Part shown: positions 8,969 to 17,364 of the stretch, piece after piece
Layout: each line of letters starts with the position of its first letter
Numbering within the stretch: the first letter of the stretch is position 1
From: an uncultured Chloroflexia bacterium
GTDB lineage: Bacteria > Chloroflexota > Chloroflexia > Thermomicrobiales > UBA6265
Direction: 5' to 3'
Length of the DNA stretch: 64,000 nucleotides
Assembly: GCA_963724285.1 (NCBI GenBank)
Contig: CAVRUD010000008.1
Location: 6,302 to 70,301, forward strand
Program-made: the position numbers and the translations under genes
The notes under the pieces: generated by a model
Database searches by the model: none
What the model was told of the DNA's origin: nothing
What the model saw: the letters and a program-made list of their open reading frames with translations, nothing else

Positions 8969-9997
8969 CTACTCGACCGTGATCGTCCCCTGCATGTCGG
9001 GGTGGAACTCGCACCGGTAGGCAAACGTTCCCGCCTGGTCGAACGTGGCGCTGCCGCTGGCGTCCTGGTCGATGCGGCCGGTATCGAAGCTGCCGTCCTC
9101 GGCCGTGGCGGTGTGCGGGGCGGTGTCGGTGTTCTCCCAGGTGACCGTCGTGCCGACCGGGACCGTCAACTCCGCCGGATCGAAGGCGAAATTGGCGATC
9201 GAGACCGTCTCGCCGCCCGCATCCGCTCCCGTAGCTTCGACCGCCCGGGGCGTCGCCCCCGGCACCTCGCCGCTCTCGTCGCGCACGAAAATCGTGCCGG
9301 TCATCTCCGGGTGGAACGCACAGGCGTAGAAGTGGGAGCCGGGCTCGTCGAGGGTGACCGTGGCCGACTCGCCCGGCGCGATCGTCCCCGTGTCGAAACT
9401 CGCGCTTGTCGCGGTATGGTCGTCGTCGTCGTCGTTGAAGAAGGTCACCTCGGCGCCAAGATCGACCGTGATCATTTGCGGCTCGAAGGCGTCGGCATCG
9501 TCGTCGGTAATCCGGACCTCGGTTACCCCGGCAGCCGGCGTGCCCGCGATGCGGTCATCGTCGTCGTCGCCATGCCCTCCGTGGTCATCGTCATCATCGT
9601 CGTCGTCGTCATCATCGCCGCCATGGCCTGAGTTGTCATCGTCGTCGTGGTCGTCGTCGTGCGAATCGTCGTCACCGCCGCCAGAGCCGGAGCCGCTGTT
9701 GTCGCTGCCGGACCCGCTGTTATCGCTGCCGCTGTTATCGTCGTCGCCCCCTCCGCCGCCGGAACCGCTGTTGTCATCGTCGTCGTCATCGTCGTCTTTG
9801 GCATCGGCCTGGCGGAGGGCGACTGCTCCCGACGCCGACAGTGCCAGGACACCAGCCCCGCCGATGGCCTGGCGGAGGAATCGCCGCCGGCTGCGGCGAT
9901 CGGCCGTCGTCTCCTCGACCAGGGGCGCGTCCAGGATGTCGATCTCCTGGGCGTCGTCGCGCTCTGGACCGTGCTCGGCGGCCTGTGTCGTGCTCAC
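8969..9997 (-). CDS. Tat-exported protein with a poly-acidic D/N/S/G/H linker and two cupredoxin (plastocyanin/amicyanin-like) domains
   Basis: Twin-arginine motif 'SRRRFLRQAIGGAG'. About 90 aa of 'DDDDDDDDNSGSGGGGGDDDNSG...HDDDHDDDD...DDDDDDDDDDDHGGHGDDDDD'. Type-1 Cu ligand patterns 'HFYACAFHPEM' and 'FAYRCEFHPDM'. Confidence 0.85.
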   Translation of the reverse strand: MSTTQAAEHGPERDDAQEIDILDAPLVEETTADRRSRRRFLRQAIGGAGVLALSASGAVALRQADAKDDDDDDDDNSGSGGGGGDDDNSGSDNSGSGSDNSGSGSGGGDDDSHDDDHDDDDNSGHGGDDDDDDDDDDDHGGHGDDDDDRIAGTPAAGVTEVRITDDDADAFEPQMITVDLGAEVTFFNDDDDDHTATSASFDTGTIAPGESATVTLDEPGSHFYACAFHPEMTGTIFVRDESGEVPGATPRAVEATGADAGGETVSIANFAFDPAELTVPVGTTVTWENTDTAPHTATAEDGSFDTGRIDQDASGSATFDQAGTFAYRCEFHPDMQGTITVE

Positions 9998-10087
9998 GCC
10001 GAGATTCCTCCTTGTGAAGACGGCCGGTCACCGGGATGTGCGCCCTTGCCACGACCGAACGTTCGGCTTATGCATCGGCACTACTAA

Positions 10088-10132
10088 GGCGACGGTTGCC
10101 GGTCTCCGGCCATGAGACCGGCAACCGTCGCC
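10088..10132. repeat. perfect 19-bp stem / 7-nt loop palindrome
   Basis: 'ggcgacggttgccggtctc-cggccat-gagaccggcaaccgtcgcc', in the divergent region between the cupredoxin gene and arsR. Confidence 0.8.
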
Positions 10133-10299
10133 CTCGACTCTAGCGGCCACCGGCGGCGGACGAAACCGCCCATGGTTGGTGCTGAAACTCGGACTTTGGT
10201 CGGATACCGATACCGGACGGTCGACCGGTCCCCATCGGACCTCTCGCCCGACCACCGCATTTTCCGCAAGCCCTATGCCGGTCAGGCGCCTCTCCATGC

Positions 10300-10354
10300 A
10301 AAAATCGACATTCATCGATATATCTATTGACAAACGTCGATAGAGTCCGTATTG
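10300..10354 (+). promoter_or_regulatory. candidate arsR promoter with overlapping operator-like dyads
   Basis: TTGACA (10326-10331), 17-nt spacer, TATTGT (10349-10354). AT-rich 'atcgacattcatcgatatatctattgac' with TCGA-centred dyads. Confidence 0.4.
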
Positions 10355-10705
10355 TCGGGTCATTGGAGGTACGTGCTCGTGGCAACGGTTCTGGACAACG
10401 ACATAACCGCCGGAGTGAACGAGGCCGACGCCGTCGAGTACGCCTCCTGGTTCAAGACCCTGGCCGACCCGACCAGGATCAGGATCCTCAATCTGCTGGC
10501 CCAGGCCGGCGAGTCCGTCTGCGTCTGCGACATCACCGACCACTTTGCCCTGGGGCAGCCGACGATCTCCCATCACCTGAAGATTCTGCGCGATGCCCGC
10601 TTCGTCACGGCCGAGCGTCGCGGCACCTACATGTACTACCGCGTCAACACCAACTGTCTGGCCGAATTCCCGGAAGCCGCCCGCCGGATCATGGCGATCG
10701 GCTAG
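10352..10705 (+). CDS. arsR: ArsR/SmtB-family metalloregulator
   Basis: 'LADPTRIRILNLLAQAGESVCVCDI...LGQPTISHHLKILRDARFV'. The true start is probably GTG at 10373 or 10379, after GGAGG at 10364. Confidence 0.85.
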   Translation: MSGHWRYVLVATVLDNDITAGVNEADAVEYASWFKTLADPTRIRILNLLAQAGESVCVCDITDHFALGQPTISHHLKILRDARFVTAERRGTYMYYRVNTNCLAEFPEAARRIMAIG

Positions 10706-10765
10706 CCAGACATCGTCCCGACCAACCCGTAACGACGCACCAAACCGGCCGGAATCTCGCCCAAT

Positions 10766-10794
10766 TCATCGAACGTTGACGATATTCGATGAAT
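10766..10794. promoter_or_regulatory. operator-like dyad TTCATCGAA-N11-TTCGATGAA
   Basis: Perfect 9-bp inverted arms. Shares 'TTCATCGA' with the site upstream of arsR. Lies upstream of ORF 10862 and arsM. Confidence 0.35.
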
Positions 10795-10861
10795 CTAATA
10801 CCCAGCTTTTCCTCTCGGCTATCGGCGCCTCTCTCACCTCTCACCCCTCCTGGAGACCACC

Positions 10862-11170
10862 ATGCACACCGATGACAGTCTCTACCACGCGATCATCGCG
10901 GCCCACCACGACCGCGATCCCAAAGCCGCTCGGCACCTCGGGCTCCGCGGGTCCGGAAGGATGCTCCGTCAGGGCTTCTCCCCGTTGCCGCGCTCTGGGC
11001 GAGGCTCCTCGGCCCGGCTGGGCATCGTCAGTCCGATTCCCCTCGACGTTGCCACACCGATCCCGCGCCCATTCGCCGCCCTGGCCTCGCTGGCGGCCGC
11101 TGTGGGGCGCCCCGTCGCGTTCATGCGTGTTCGCTCAACCGCACCATGCTGCGCCGCCAACCGCGGCTAA
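10862..11170 (+). CDS. hypothetical protein (weak call)
   Basis: ATG preceded by 'ggaga' 5 nt upstream and by the dyad at 10766. The product has no recognisable motif and is low-complexity toward the C-terminus. Confidence 0.3.
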   Translation: MHTDDSLYHAIIAAHHDRDPKAARHLGLRGSGRMLRQGFSPLPRSGRGSSARLGIVSPIPLDVATPIPRPFAALASLAAAVGRPVAFMRVRSTAPCCAANRG

Positions 11171-11233
11171 CCAACCCTTTGCCGCCGGTCAAGCGTCGGA
11201 CCGTCGCTCGCCCCACACCGGAGGAGGATTTCG

Positions 11234-12184
11234 ATGGCCAGTGAACCCACGCCCACCATAGACTCCACCGACGATGCCCTGCGCGCGACCGTCCGCGCCA
11301 GGTACGCCGCCCAGGCGATCCGCGTGGCCGATGCAACCCAGGCCGCCTGCTGCGGAGACACCCCGGCATCGTCGTGTTGCGGGGCGACGGCGACGCAACC
11401 CTGTTGCGAGCCGGTTGGGGCGACCGATCCGATCACCTCCAACCTCTACGCCGTCACCGAAACCGGCTCCCTGCCCCCGGCGGCGGTCTTGGCCTCCCTC
11501 GGCTGCGGCAACCCGACCGCCCTGGCCGACCTCGCCCCGGGCGAGACGGTGCTCGATCTCGGATCGGGCGGCGGCATCGATGTCCTCCTCTCCGCCCGTC
11601 GGGTCGGACCGACCGGCTTTGCCTACGGCCTCGATATGACCGACGAGATGCTCGCCCTGGCAGAGCGCAACAAGGCGGAGGCCGGGGCAGAGAACGTCGC
11701 CTTCCTCAAGGGCCAGATCGAGGCCATCCCGCTGCCGGATGCCAGCGTCGACGTGATCATCTCCAACTGCGTCATCAATCTGGCGGCCGACAAGGGCCAG
11801 GTCTTGCGCGAGGCCTTCCGCGTGCTCCGGCCCGGCGGTCGCTTCGCCGTCTCCGATGTCGTCGCCCAGGGCGACCTCCCCGACGACCTCCGCCGGGACA
11901 TGGATGCCTGGGTAGGGTGCGTAGCCGGGGCGCTGGAAGAGACCGAGTACCGTCGCCTCCTCGCCGAATCGGGGTTTTCCGACGTCGGCATCGAGGTCAC
12001 CCGCGTCTACGAGCCCGCGGCCCTCGGGGCCAGCGCCCGCGGCGGTTCCTCCTGCTGTGGCGGGACCGGCCCCGCCTCCGAGTGGGGCGAGTCCGCCTAT
12101 GCCCGCTACGCCGCTAGCGGCGGCCGCCTGGTCGGTGCTTTCATCCGCGCCACCAAACCTGAAGATCCGGCCTGGTTGCTCTGA
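11234..12184 (+). CDS. arsM: arsenite S-adenosylmethionine methyltransferase
   Basis: '[32 protein letters not shown]', 'ISNCVINL', N- and C-terminal Cys pairs ('ACCGD..SSCCG', 'SSCCGG'). GGAGG RBS. Confidence 0.9.
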   Translation: MASEPTPTIDSTDDALRATVRARYAAQAIRVADATQAACCGDTPASSCCGATATQPCCEPVGATDPITSNLYAVTETGSLPPAAVLASLGCGNPTALADLAPGETVLDLGSGGGIDVLLSARRVGPTGFAYGLDMTDEMLALAERNKAEAGAENVAFLKGQIEAIPLPDASVDVIISNCVINLAADKGQVLREAFRVLRPGGRFAVSDVVAQGDLPDDLRRDMDAWVGCVAGALEETEYRRLLAESGFSDVGIEVTRVYEPAALGASARGGSSCCGGTGPASEWGESAYARYAASGGRLVGAFIRATKPEDPAWLL

Positions 12185-12228
12185 TTGCTGGTGCATGGCC
12201 CCGGCAATGGCGGAGCGCCGTCTCGGCG

Positions 12229-12369
12229 TCGCCCGGGGCTAAAGACCCCGGGCGACATCCACAAATCCGGCTAAAGCCGGCTGGAAATGGGAGGCGGGAA
12301 CACCGCACCCGTTCCCAGCCCCTTTAGTGGGCTTATCTCACTCAGCCCGGGGTCTTTAGCCCCGGGCGA
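12229..12369. repeat. REP/MITE-like nested palindromic element ('inner' type)
   Basis: Terminal inverted 'cgcccggggctaaagaccccgggc' and 'gcccggggtctttagccccgggcg'. Internal hairpins 'ccggctaaagccgg' and 'gggaac..gttccc'. Confidence 0.85.
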
Positions 12370-12568
12370 CGCGGAGACGGTGTCCGATTGCCCCCAACGT
12401 TCCCTCGGCCCACACGGCACGCCTCAGGAGCGGGATCCCCCCTCTCCTTCTCGACCCCGCACGCTGGTTATCCACTCCCGATGGTGGTAGCGTCTCCAAT
12501 CGATAACGGGCCGCCCTTCGCGGCGGCGGCAGGCCCAATAGCACGGTAGCCAGGTACACCCCGCATCC

Positions 12569-13849
12569 ATGAGCGACGAGCACCCATCCCACGATGCCGC
12601 ACTGTCCCACCCGTGGCGGACGGTCGACGAAGCGCGTGACCAGATCCTGGCCGCCTTCGCGCCTCTGGCTCCCGAGCGGTTCCCGTTGGAGGCGGCCTTG
12701 GGGTTGGTGCTGGCCGAAGCGATCGTTGCCCGGGAGAACGTGCCGCCCTTCACCAACGCCGCCATGGATGGGTATGCCCTACGGGCCGCGGACATCGCCG
12801 GGGCGACGGCGGATCGTCCCGCCCGGCTGCGCGTCGCCGGCGAGGCGGCGGCGGGGACGGCCGCGACCGTCCCGGTCCAGGCGGGAACGGCGGTCAGGAT
12901 CATGACCGGAGCGCCCCTGCCGGCCGGCGCCGATACGGTTGTCCGCTTCGAGGAGACGGACGACGGCCGGAGCGATCCCGGCGAGGTCTTGATCCGGAAA
13001 GCGGCCAACCGGGGGAGCAACGTCCGCCCGGCGGGCGAGGACGTCGCCGCCGGTACAACCGTCCTTGCTGCCGGCACCCGCCTGCGCCCGGCCGAGATCG
13101 GGATACTGGCCGCGCTCGGGCGGGACTCGGTACCCATCCACCGGCGGCCCAGGGTCGCGATTCTCGCCACCGGCGACGAACTCGTCCCGGCCGGTACCAG
13201 GCTCGGCCCGGGCCAGATTCACGACAGCAACGGCCCGGCCCTGGCGGCCATGGTCCACCAGGCCGGCGGCGAGCCGATCCAGCTCGGGATCGCCCGCGAC
13301 GCCCAGGACGACCTCCGCGCCCACTTCGCCGGCGCGCTCGCGGCCGGGGTCGACCTGATCGTTACCGCCGGCGGGGTCTCCGTCGGGGATTTCGATCTTG
13401 TCAAAGAGGTGCTTCGGGCCGACGGCCGGATCGACTTCTGGCGGGTGCGGATCAAGCCCGGCAAGCCCCTCGCCTTCGGCCACCTCGGCGACCGCCCGCT
13501 CATCGGCCTGCCCGGCAACCCGGTGGCCGCCATCGTCGCCTTTACCCAGTTCGTCCGCCCCGCGATCCTGACCATGTTGGGCCGCACAGACATCGCCCTG
13601 CCGGCGATCTCTGCTCGCCTGCTGAGCAGGATCGACAACCCCGGCGGCCGGCGGCACTTCGTCCGCGTTCACGTCCGTCAGGACCCGGCCTCCGGCGATT
13701 ACACCGCCCGGCCAGCCGGGCCCCACGGGGCAGGGCGCATCTCCTCATTGGTCGCCAGCAACGGTCTCCTGGTCATCCCCGAAGACCGGGCCGTCGCCGA
13801 GACCGGCGAGCGATTCCAAGTCCAGATGCCGGACTGGGAGTTGGGATAG
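12569..13849 (+). CDS. moeA: molybdopterin molybdotransferase
   Basis: 'PPFTNAAMDGYALRAAD', 'IMTGAPLPAGADTVV', 'GGVSVGDFDLVKEVL', 'IKPGKPLAFG', 'GLPGNPVAA'. Confidence 0.9.
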   Translation: MSDEHPSHDAALSHPWRTVDEARDQILAAFAPLAPERFPLEAALGLVLAEAIVARENVPPFTNAAMDGYALRAADIAGATADRPARLRVAGEAAAGTAATVPVQAGTAVRIMTGAPLPAGADTVVRFEETDDGRSDPGEVLIRKAANRGSNVRPAGEDVAAGTTVLAAGTRLRPAEIGILAALGRDSVPIHRRPRVAILATGDELVPAGTRLGPGQIHDSNGPALAAMVHQAGGEPIQLGIARDAQDDLRAHFAGALAAGVDLIVTAGGVSVGDFDLVKEVLRADGRIDFWRVRIKPGKPLAFGHLGDRPLIGLPGNPVAAIVAFTQFVRPAILTMLGRTDIALPAISARLLSRIDNPGGRRHFVRVHVRQDPASGDYTARPAGPHGAGRISSLVASNGLLVIPEDRAVAETGERFQVQMPDWELG

Positions 13850-13910
13850 GAGAGAAATCGAGGCGCCGTGTTGGCGGCGCCCGGGGCATAGCGAGACCCC
13901 GACCCGACCA

Positions 13911-14975
13911 CGCCCGGGGCTAAAACGCCTGGAAGGCCTGGAGGGCGACGGTTCCGAGGGAGTACGGTGGGGGTGCTTATCCCCCCGCTGTGCGCCAGGA
14001 GCCCCGCCCGATGCTCCTCCCGGAGGCCGTCGTGATCGCCGTGTATGCCATGGTCGACGAGTTCCAAGCCACCCACCTGCCGCCGGTGCGGCGGCGGGGT
14101 GGCCAGCAACCGGCCCTGACGCGCAGCGAGGTCCTGACGCTGGCCCTGCTCGGCCAACTCGGCTGCTTCGCCAGCGAGCGCGCCTTGTATCGCGTCGTGG
14201 ACACGGAATGGCGCCACCGCTTCCCCCGCCTGCCCGCGCGGGTGCAGCTGCATGCCACCATCCGCGCCCAGGCCGCGGCCCTGGTCGCCTTCGGCCGGTG
14301 CCGCGCCCGCCCCCTCGACGCCCTCACCGCCGAGGACGAGGTCCTCGCCTGCCCGGCGGTGCCGCTGCGCACCGCCAACCGGCGCGGGGTCGGCGCTATG
14401 CCGGCGGTGGTGGCCCGGGGCACGGCGGGGCGCCTCGGCTGGTTCGTCGGGGTGCGGCGGCTGGTCGCCACGACCCCGACGGGGGCGATCACCGGGCTGG
14501 GGGATCGCCCCGGGCACCGAGCGGGAGCGCGTCCCTGGCCGACGCCCTCCTGGCCGAACGGGCGGCCCTGGAGCCGGCCCTGCCCAGCGTCGGCCGCCCG
14601 GCCAGCGGGGTCGACCTGGCCGATTCCGGCTTCGCGGGGCGGGCGGCGCGGGCACGCCGGCTGGCGCTGGACGCCGACGTGCTCGCCCCGCCCCAGCGCG
14701 GCAGCGCCGAGCGCTGGGCCAAACCGGTCCGCGCCCAGCACCGCACCAAGCGCCGGATCGTGGAGACCGTCGTCGCACGGCTGCACGGGGCGTTCCGGCT
14801 GGAGCGGGACCGGCCGCGCTCCCTGGGCGGCCTCCTGGCGCGGATCGCGGCCACGATCGCGCGCTCCAACGCCCCGATCCGCCGCAACCGCGGCGCGGGT
14901 CGCCCCGGCCCCACCCTGGCGGGGGTGGTCAGGTGAGCCCATTCCCATGCCTTCCAGGCGTTTTAGCCCCCGGGC
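13911..14975 (+). mobile_element. IS982-like insertion sequence (~1.06 kb) with 22-bp perfect terminal inverted repeats
   Basis: IRs 'ggggctaaaacgcctggaaggc' (13916-13937) and its reverse complement (14949-14970) bracket a single DDE transposase reading frame. Confidence 0.7.
13990..14936 (+). pseudogene. DDE transposase (IS982/IS4-like), broken by two frameshifts near 14495 and 14530
   Basis: 'LLPEAVVIAVYAMVDEF...ALTRSEVLTLALLGQL' (frame 1), then 'WGIAPGTERERV' (frame 2), then 'LADALLAERA...VDLADSGFAG...KRRIVETVVARLHGAFRLERDRPRSLGGLLARIAA' (frame 0). Confidence 0.7.
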
Positions 14976-15099
14976 TCTGCGAGCGAGCGAGATAAGCCCA
15001 CTAAAGGGGCTGAGCACGGGATTGGCGTCCCAAAGCCCGGCGTGACAGCCCCCTTCAGGGGGGTTATCCGGTTCAGCCCGGGGTCTTCAGCCCCGGGCG
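14976..15099. repeat. partial REP/MITE-like element adjoining the IS
   Basis: 'gataagcccactaaaggggctg', 'cagcccccttcaggggggttatc', 'agcccggggtcttcagccccgggcg'. These are the same modules as at 12229, 57643 and 63014. Confidence 0.8.
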
Positions 15100-15183
15100 A
15101 AAAGGGCACGGCTCTACGCTTTTCCCACGACCGTCCCATCAGGAGAGGCCGCAGCGCGGCGCCTGTGTCCTCCGGGGCATACC

Positions 15184-16233
15184 CTACGCGGCCCTGTCGA
15201 GTTCCGCCAGAACCTCGCCGAAGCCCTCCAGGCCCTCGACCGTGTCCGGGTCGAGGAAGACGATGATGTGGGTGATACCGGCATCGGCGTAGGCCCGGAG
15301 CTGGCCGGCGATGTGGGCGGGGTCGCCGCGGAGAATGGCGCCCTCCGCCGCCTCCTGGACCCGGGAGCGGCCGTAGGCGGTGGAGGGCGGGTGCTGCCGG
15401 GGGAGGTCAAGGTCGATGGAGAGGAGCAGGGTACGGCCCAGGGTGGCCGGGTCGCGCCCGATCGCCGCGCAGGCGTCGTCGAGCGGGGCCATCGCCTCGC
15501 GGACGTTCTCGGGCTTGAGATCGAGGAAGGTGTTCCACTGGTCGGCGTAGCGGGCGGTCAGGTCGAGCATCCGAGGGCCGAGCTGGGAGCCGATCAGGAT
15601 CGGCGGACCGCCGGGCCGGGGTCCGCGCGGCCGCAACTCCGCCTCCCGCACCCGGTAGTACGCCCCGGAGAAGTCGAGGCGGCCTTCCCGCAGCAAGCCG
15701 GTGATGATCTGGATCGCCTCGGCGAAGCGGCCGACCCGGTTGGTGGTCTCGAACCCGAACCTGTCCGCGTCGCCGCCGCCGTCGCCCGCGCCGAGGGAGA
15801 GGATCAGGCGGCCGCCGCTGATCTCGTCCACGGTATCGGCCATCTTGGCGAGGAGGGCGGGGTTGCGGAAGAGGTTGTTGGTGACGATCTGGCCGAGCTC
15901 GACCCGGTCCGTCACGGCGGCCAGGGCCGCCATCAGCGACCAGCATTCCCAGCCGCCGCTGGATTCGGCTTGGGCGGGATCGGGCGGGGCGATGCCCAGC
16001 GAAGCGTTCAGCTCCGGGGCATACTCCTCCCCGACCGGGAAGAGCAGGCGGTCGACCGCCCAGAGCGAGTCGAACCCGACCGCCTCGGCCTGGATCGCCA
16101 ACTCCTTCAGCTCGCGCCAGCGGGCGACATCGGGGCCGCGGCGGCCTTCGGTCTCGGGCAGGGAGTAGCCGACCTTGAGCGGTCGGTTCGGGCGGGCGTT
16201 CGAGATTGCGGTCATTGTCGTGGCGGTCATCAT
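15184..16233 (-). CDS. LLM-class (luciferase-like) flavin/F420-dependent oxidoreductase
   Basis: 'GFDSLWAVDRLLF', 'VTNNLFRNPALLAKMADTVDEISGGRLILSLGAG', 'YADAGITHIIV'. Start taken at ATGATG 16233; the upstream part of the ORF is junk. Confidence 0.85.
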   Translation of the reverse strand: MMTATTMTAISNARPNRPLKVGYSLPETEGRRGPDVARWRELKELAIQAEAVGFDSLWAVDRLLFPVGEEYAPELNASLGIAPPDPAQAESSGGWECWSLMAALAAVTDRVELGQIVTNNLFRNPALLAKMADTVDEISGGRLILSLGAGDGGGDADRFGFETTNRVGRFAEAIQIITGLLREGRLDFSGAYYRVREAELRPRGPRPGGPPILIGSQLGPRMLDLTARYADQWNTFLDLKPENVREAMAPLDDACAAIGRDPATLGRTLLLSIDLDLPRQHPPSTAYGRSRVQEAAEGAILRGDPAHIAGQLRAYADAGITHIIVFLDPDTVEGLEGFGEVLAELDRAA

Positions 16234-16505
16234 CGGTCCCCCAGGTGCGTTGAGCGGCTGGATGTGCAACGGCCGTGTCCTCTCGGGCGAGCGCCGGATT
16301 CGGCCTGAGGTCGGCCAAATCCATCCTAGGATTTTGGCTATACTTTGGGAAGGAGGCACGCAAAAGTGGGGTAGGCACCCAAACGTGCCCTGTCCTTCTG
16401 CGTTCGATCGGGGAACGAGGATGACGAGCGCGATGACGGAGCGGGTAACGCTGGACGAGCGGGCGCCCGGGGCGGACCACGGGGCTGACCGACCGGCTGG
16501 AGAAG

Positions 16506-16898
16506 GTGCGCGTGTCGCGCGGGGGCACGGTGCGGGAGGCCAGTCCCGCGAGCCCACGGCAGGCCCTGGCCCTGATCGCCGACAAATGGGCCGTCCTGAT
16601 CATCACGACGCTGGCACGCGGCCCCTACCGCTACAACGCCCTGCGCCGCGAGATCGACGGCGTCTCGCAGAAGATGCTGACCCAATCACTGCGCGACCTG
16701 GAGTGCAACGGGCTGGTGGGGCGGACGGTCTTCCCCGACACCCCGCCCCGGGTGGAATACCGCCTCACCCCGCTGGGCGAGACCCTGGTCGATGCCCTGG
16801 GGGTGCTGCGCGAGTGGGCCGACGCCCACTACCACGAGGTCGAAGCCGCTCGCCACGCATACTGTGGGGCGGAGCCCGGCGAGTGCGACGCGGCGTAA
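16506..16898 (+). CDS. HxlR-family transcriptional regulator
   Basis: 'ALALIADKWAVLIITTLARGPYRYNALRREIDGVSQKMLTQSLRDLECNGLV...PPRVEYRLTPLG'. Divergent from the LLM oxidoreductase. Confidence 0.9.
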   Translation: MRVSRGGTVREASPASPRQALALIADKWAVLIITTLARGPYRYNALRREIDGVSQKMLTQSLRDLECNGLVGRTVFPDTPPRVEYRLTPLGETLVDALGVLREWADAHYHEVEAARHAYCGAEPGECDAA

Positions 16899-16998
16899 GG
16901 TAGGGCGAACTCACCACGGGACAGCGCTGCCCCTGGTGGCAGTCACGGTTCCCCTCAATGTCGCCATAGACGAGATCACACGAAAGGCACCCTCGGGT

Positions 16999-17355
16999 TC
17001 AGCCATGAGGTTTGACTAAGACGCTATCCCGAAAGTGAGCGTCATGGCGGACCTTGCGGTAGATGATGAGGCAGGCGGCGAGCTGGACGAAGCCGAGGTC
17101 GTGGCGAGCCCGCTTCTCGGTGCGGGTCAGCAACCGCCGGAAGCGGTTGAACCAGCTGTGGGCGACCTCGACCACCCAGCGCCGGGGCGGGTGGCGGTCC
17201 GGGTCGCCGGGCGGCGGCAGCGGGCGCTCGGCGCTCGCCTTCGGCGGGATGTGCGGGGTGTAGCCCCGCGCGACCGACTCGTCACGACAACTCTGGTAGT
17301 CGTAGCCCCGATCCAGGACGAGGTGGGGCGGCCCGGTCGGTCCGGGCTCGACCAC
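16999..17355 (-). pseudogene. IS5-family transposase, C-terminal fragment only
   Basis: 'LVLDRGYDY...RRWVVEVAHSWFNRFRRLLTRTEKR...FVQLAACLIIYRK'. The 5' part is missing; the neighbouring gene's stop is at 17365. Confidence 0.75.
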
Positions 17356-17364
17356 CTCGGCCTC

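Noticed and set aside
9540-9810. The poly-Asp tract as non-coding microsatellite or assembly artefact.
   Set aside because: It stays in frame between a Tat signal and two cupredoxin domains, with mixed D/N/S/G/H codons rather than a pure repeat, so I kept it as coding. Read-level confirmation is still advisable.
12370-12568. Moco riboswitch upstream of moeA.
   Set aside because: I could not find the conserved core elements by eye. The region is largely occupied by the REP-like element. An Infernal scan would be needed before making any claim.
14480-14540. Programmed ribosomal frameshifting in the IS transposase.
   Set aside because: Two shifts through all three frames are needed within ~40 nt. 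I saw no slippery heptamer. IS982-type transposases are normally single-ORF.
12229-15112. Possible CRISPR array, suggested by recurring 'gcccggggctaaagaccccgggc' units. The same units occur at 57594-57885 and 63014-63168.
   Set aside because: The units are palindromic, occur as inverted pairs rather than regularly spaced direct repeats, have no uniform spacer length, and no cas genes are present.
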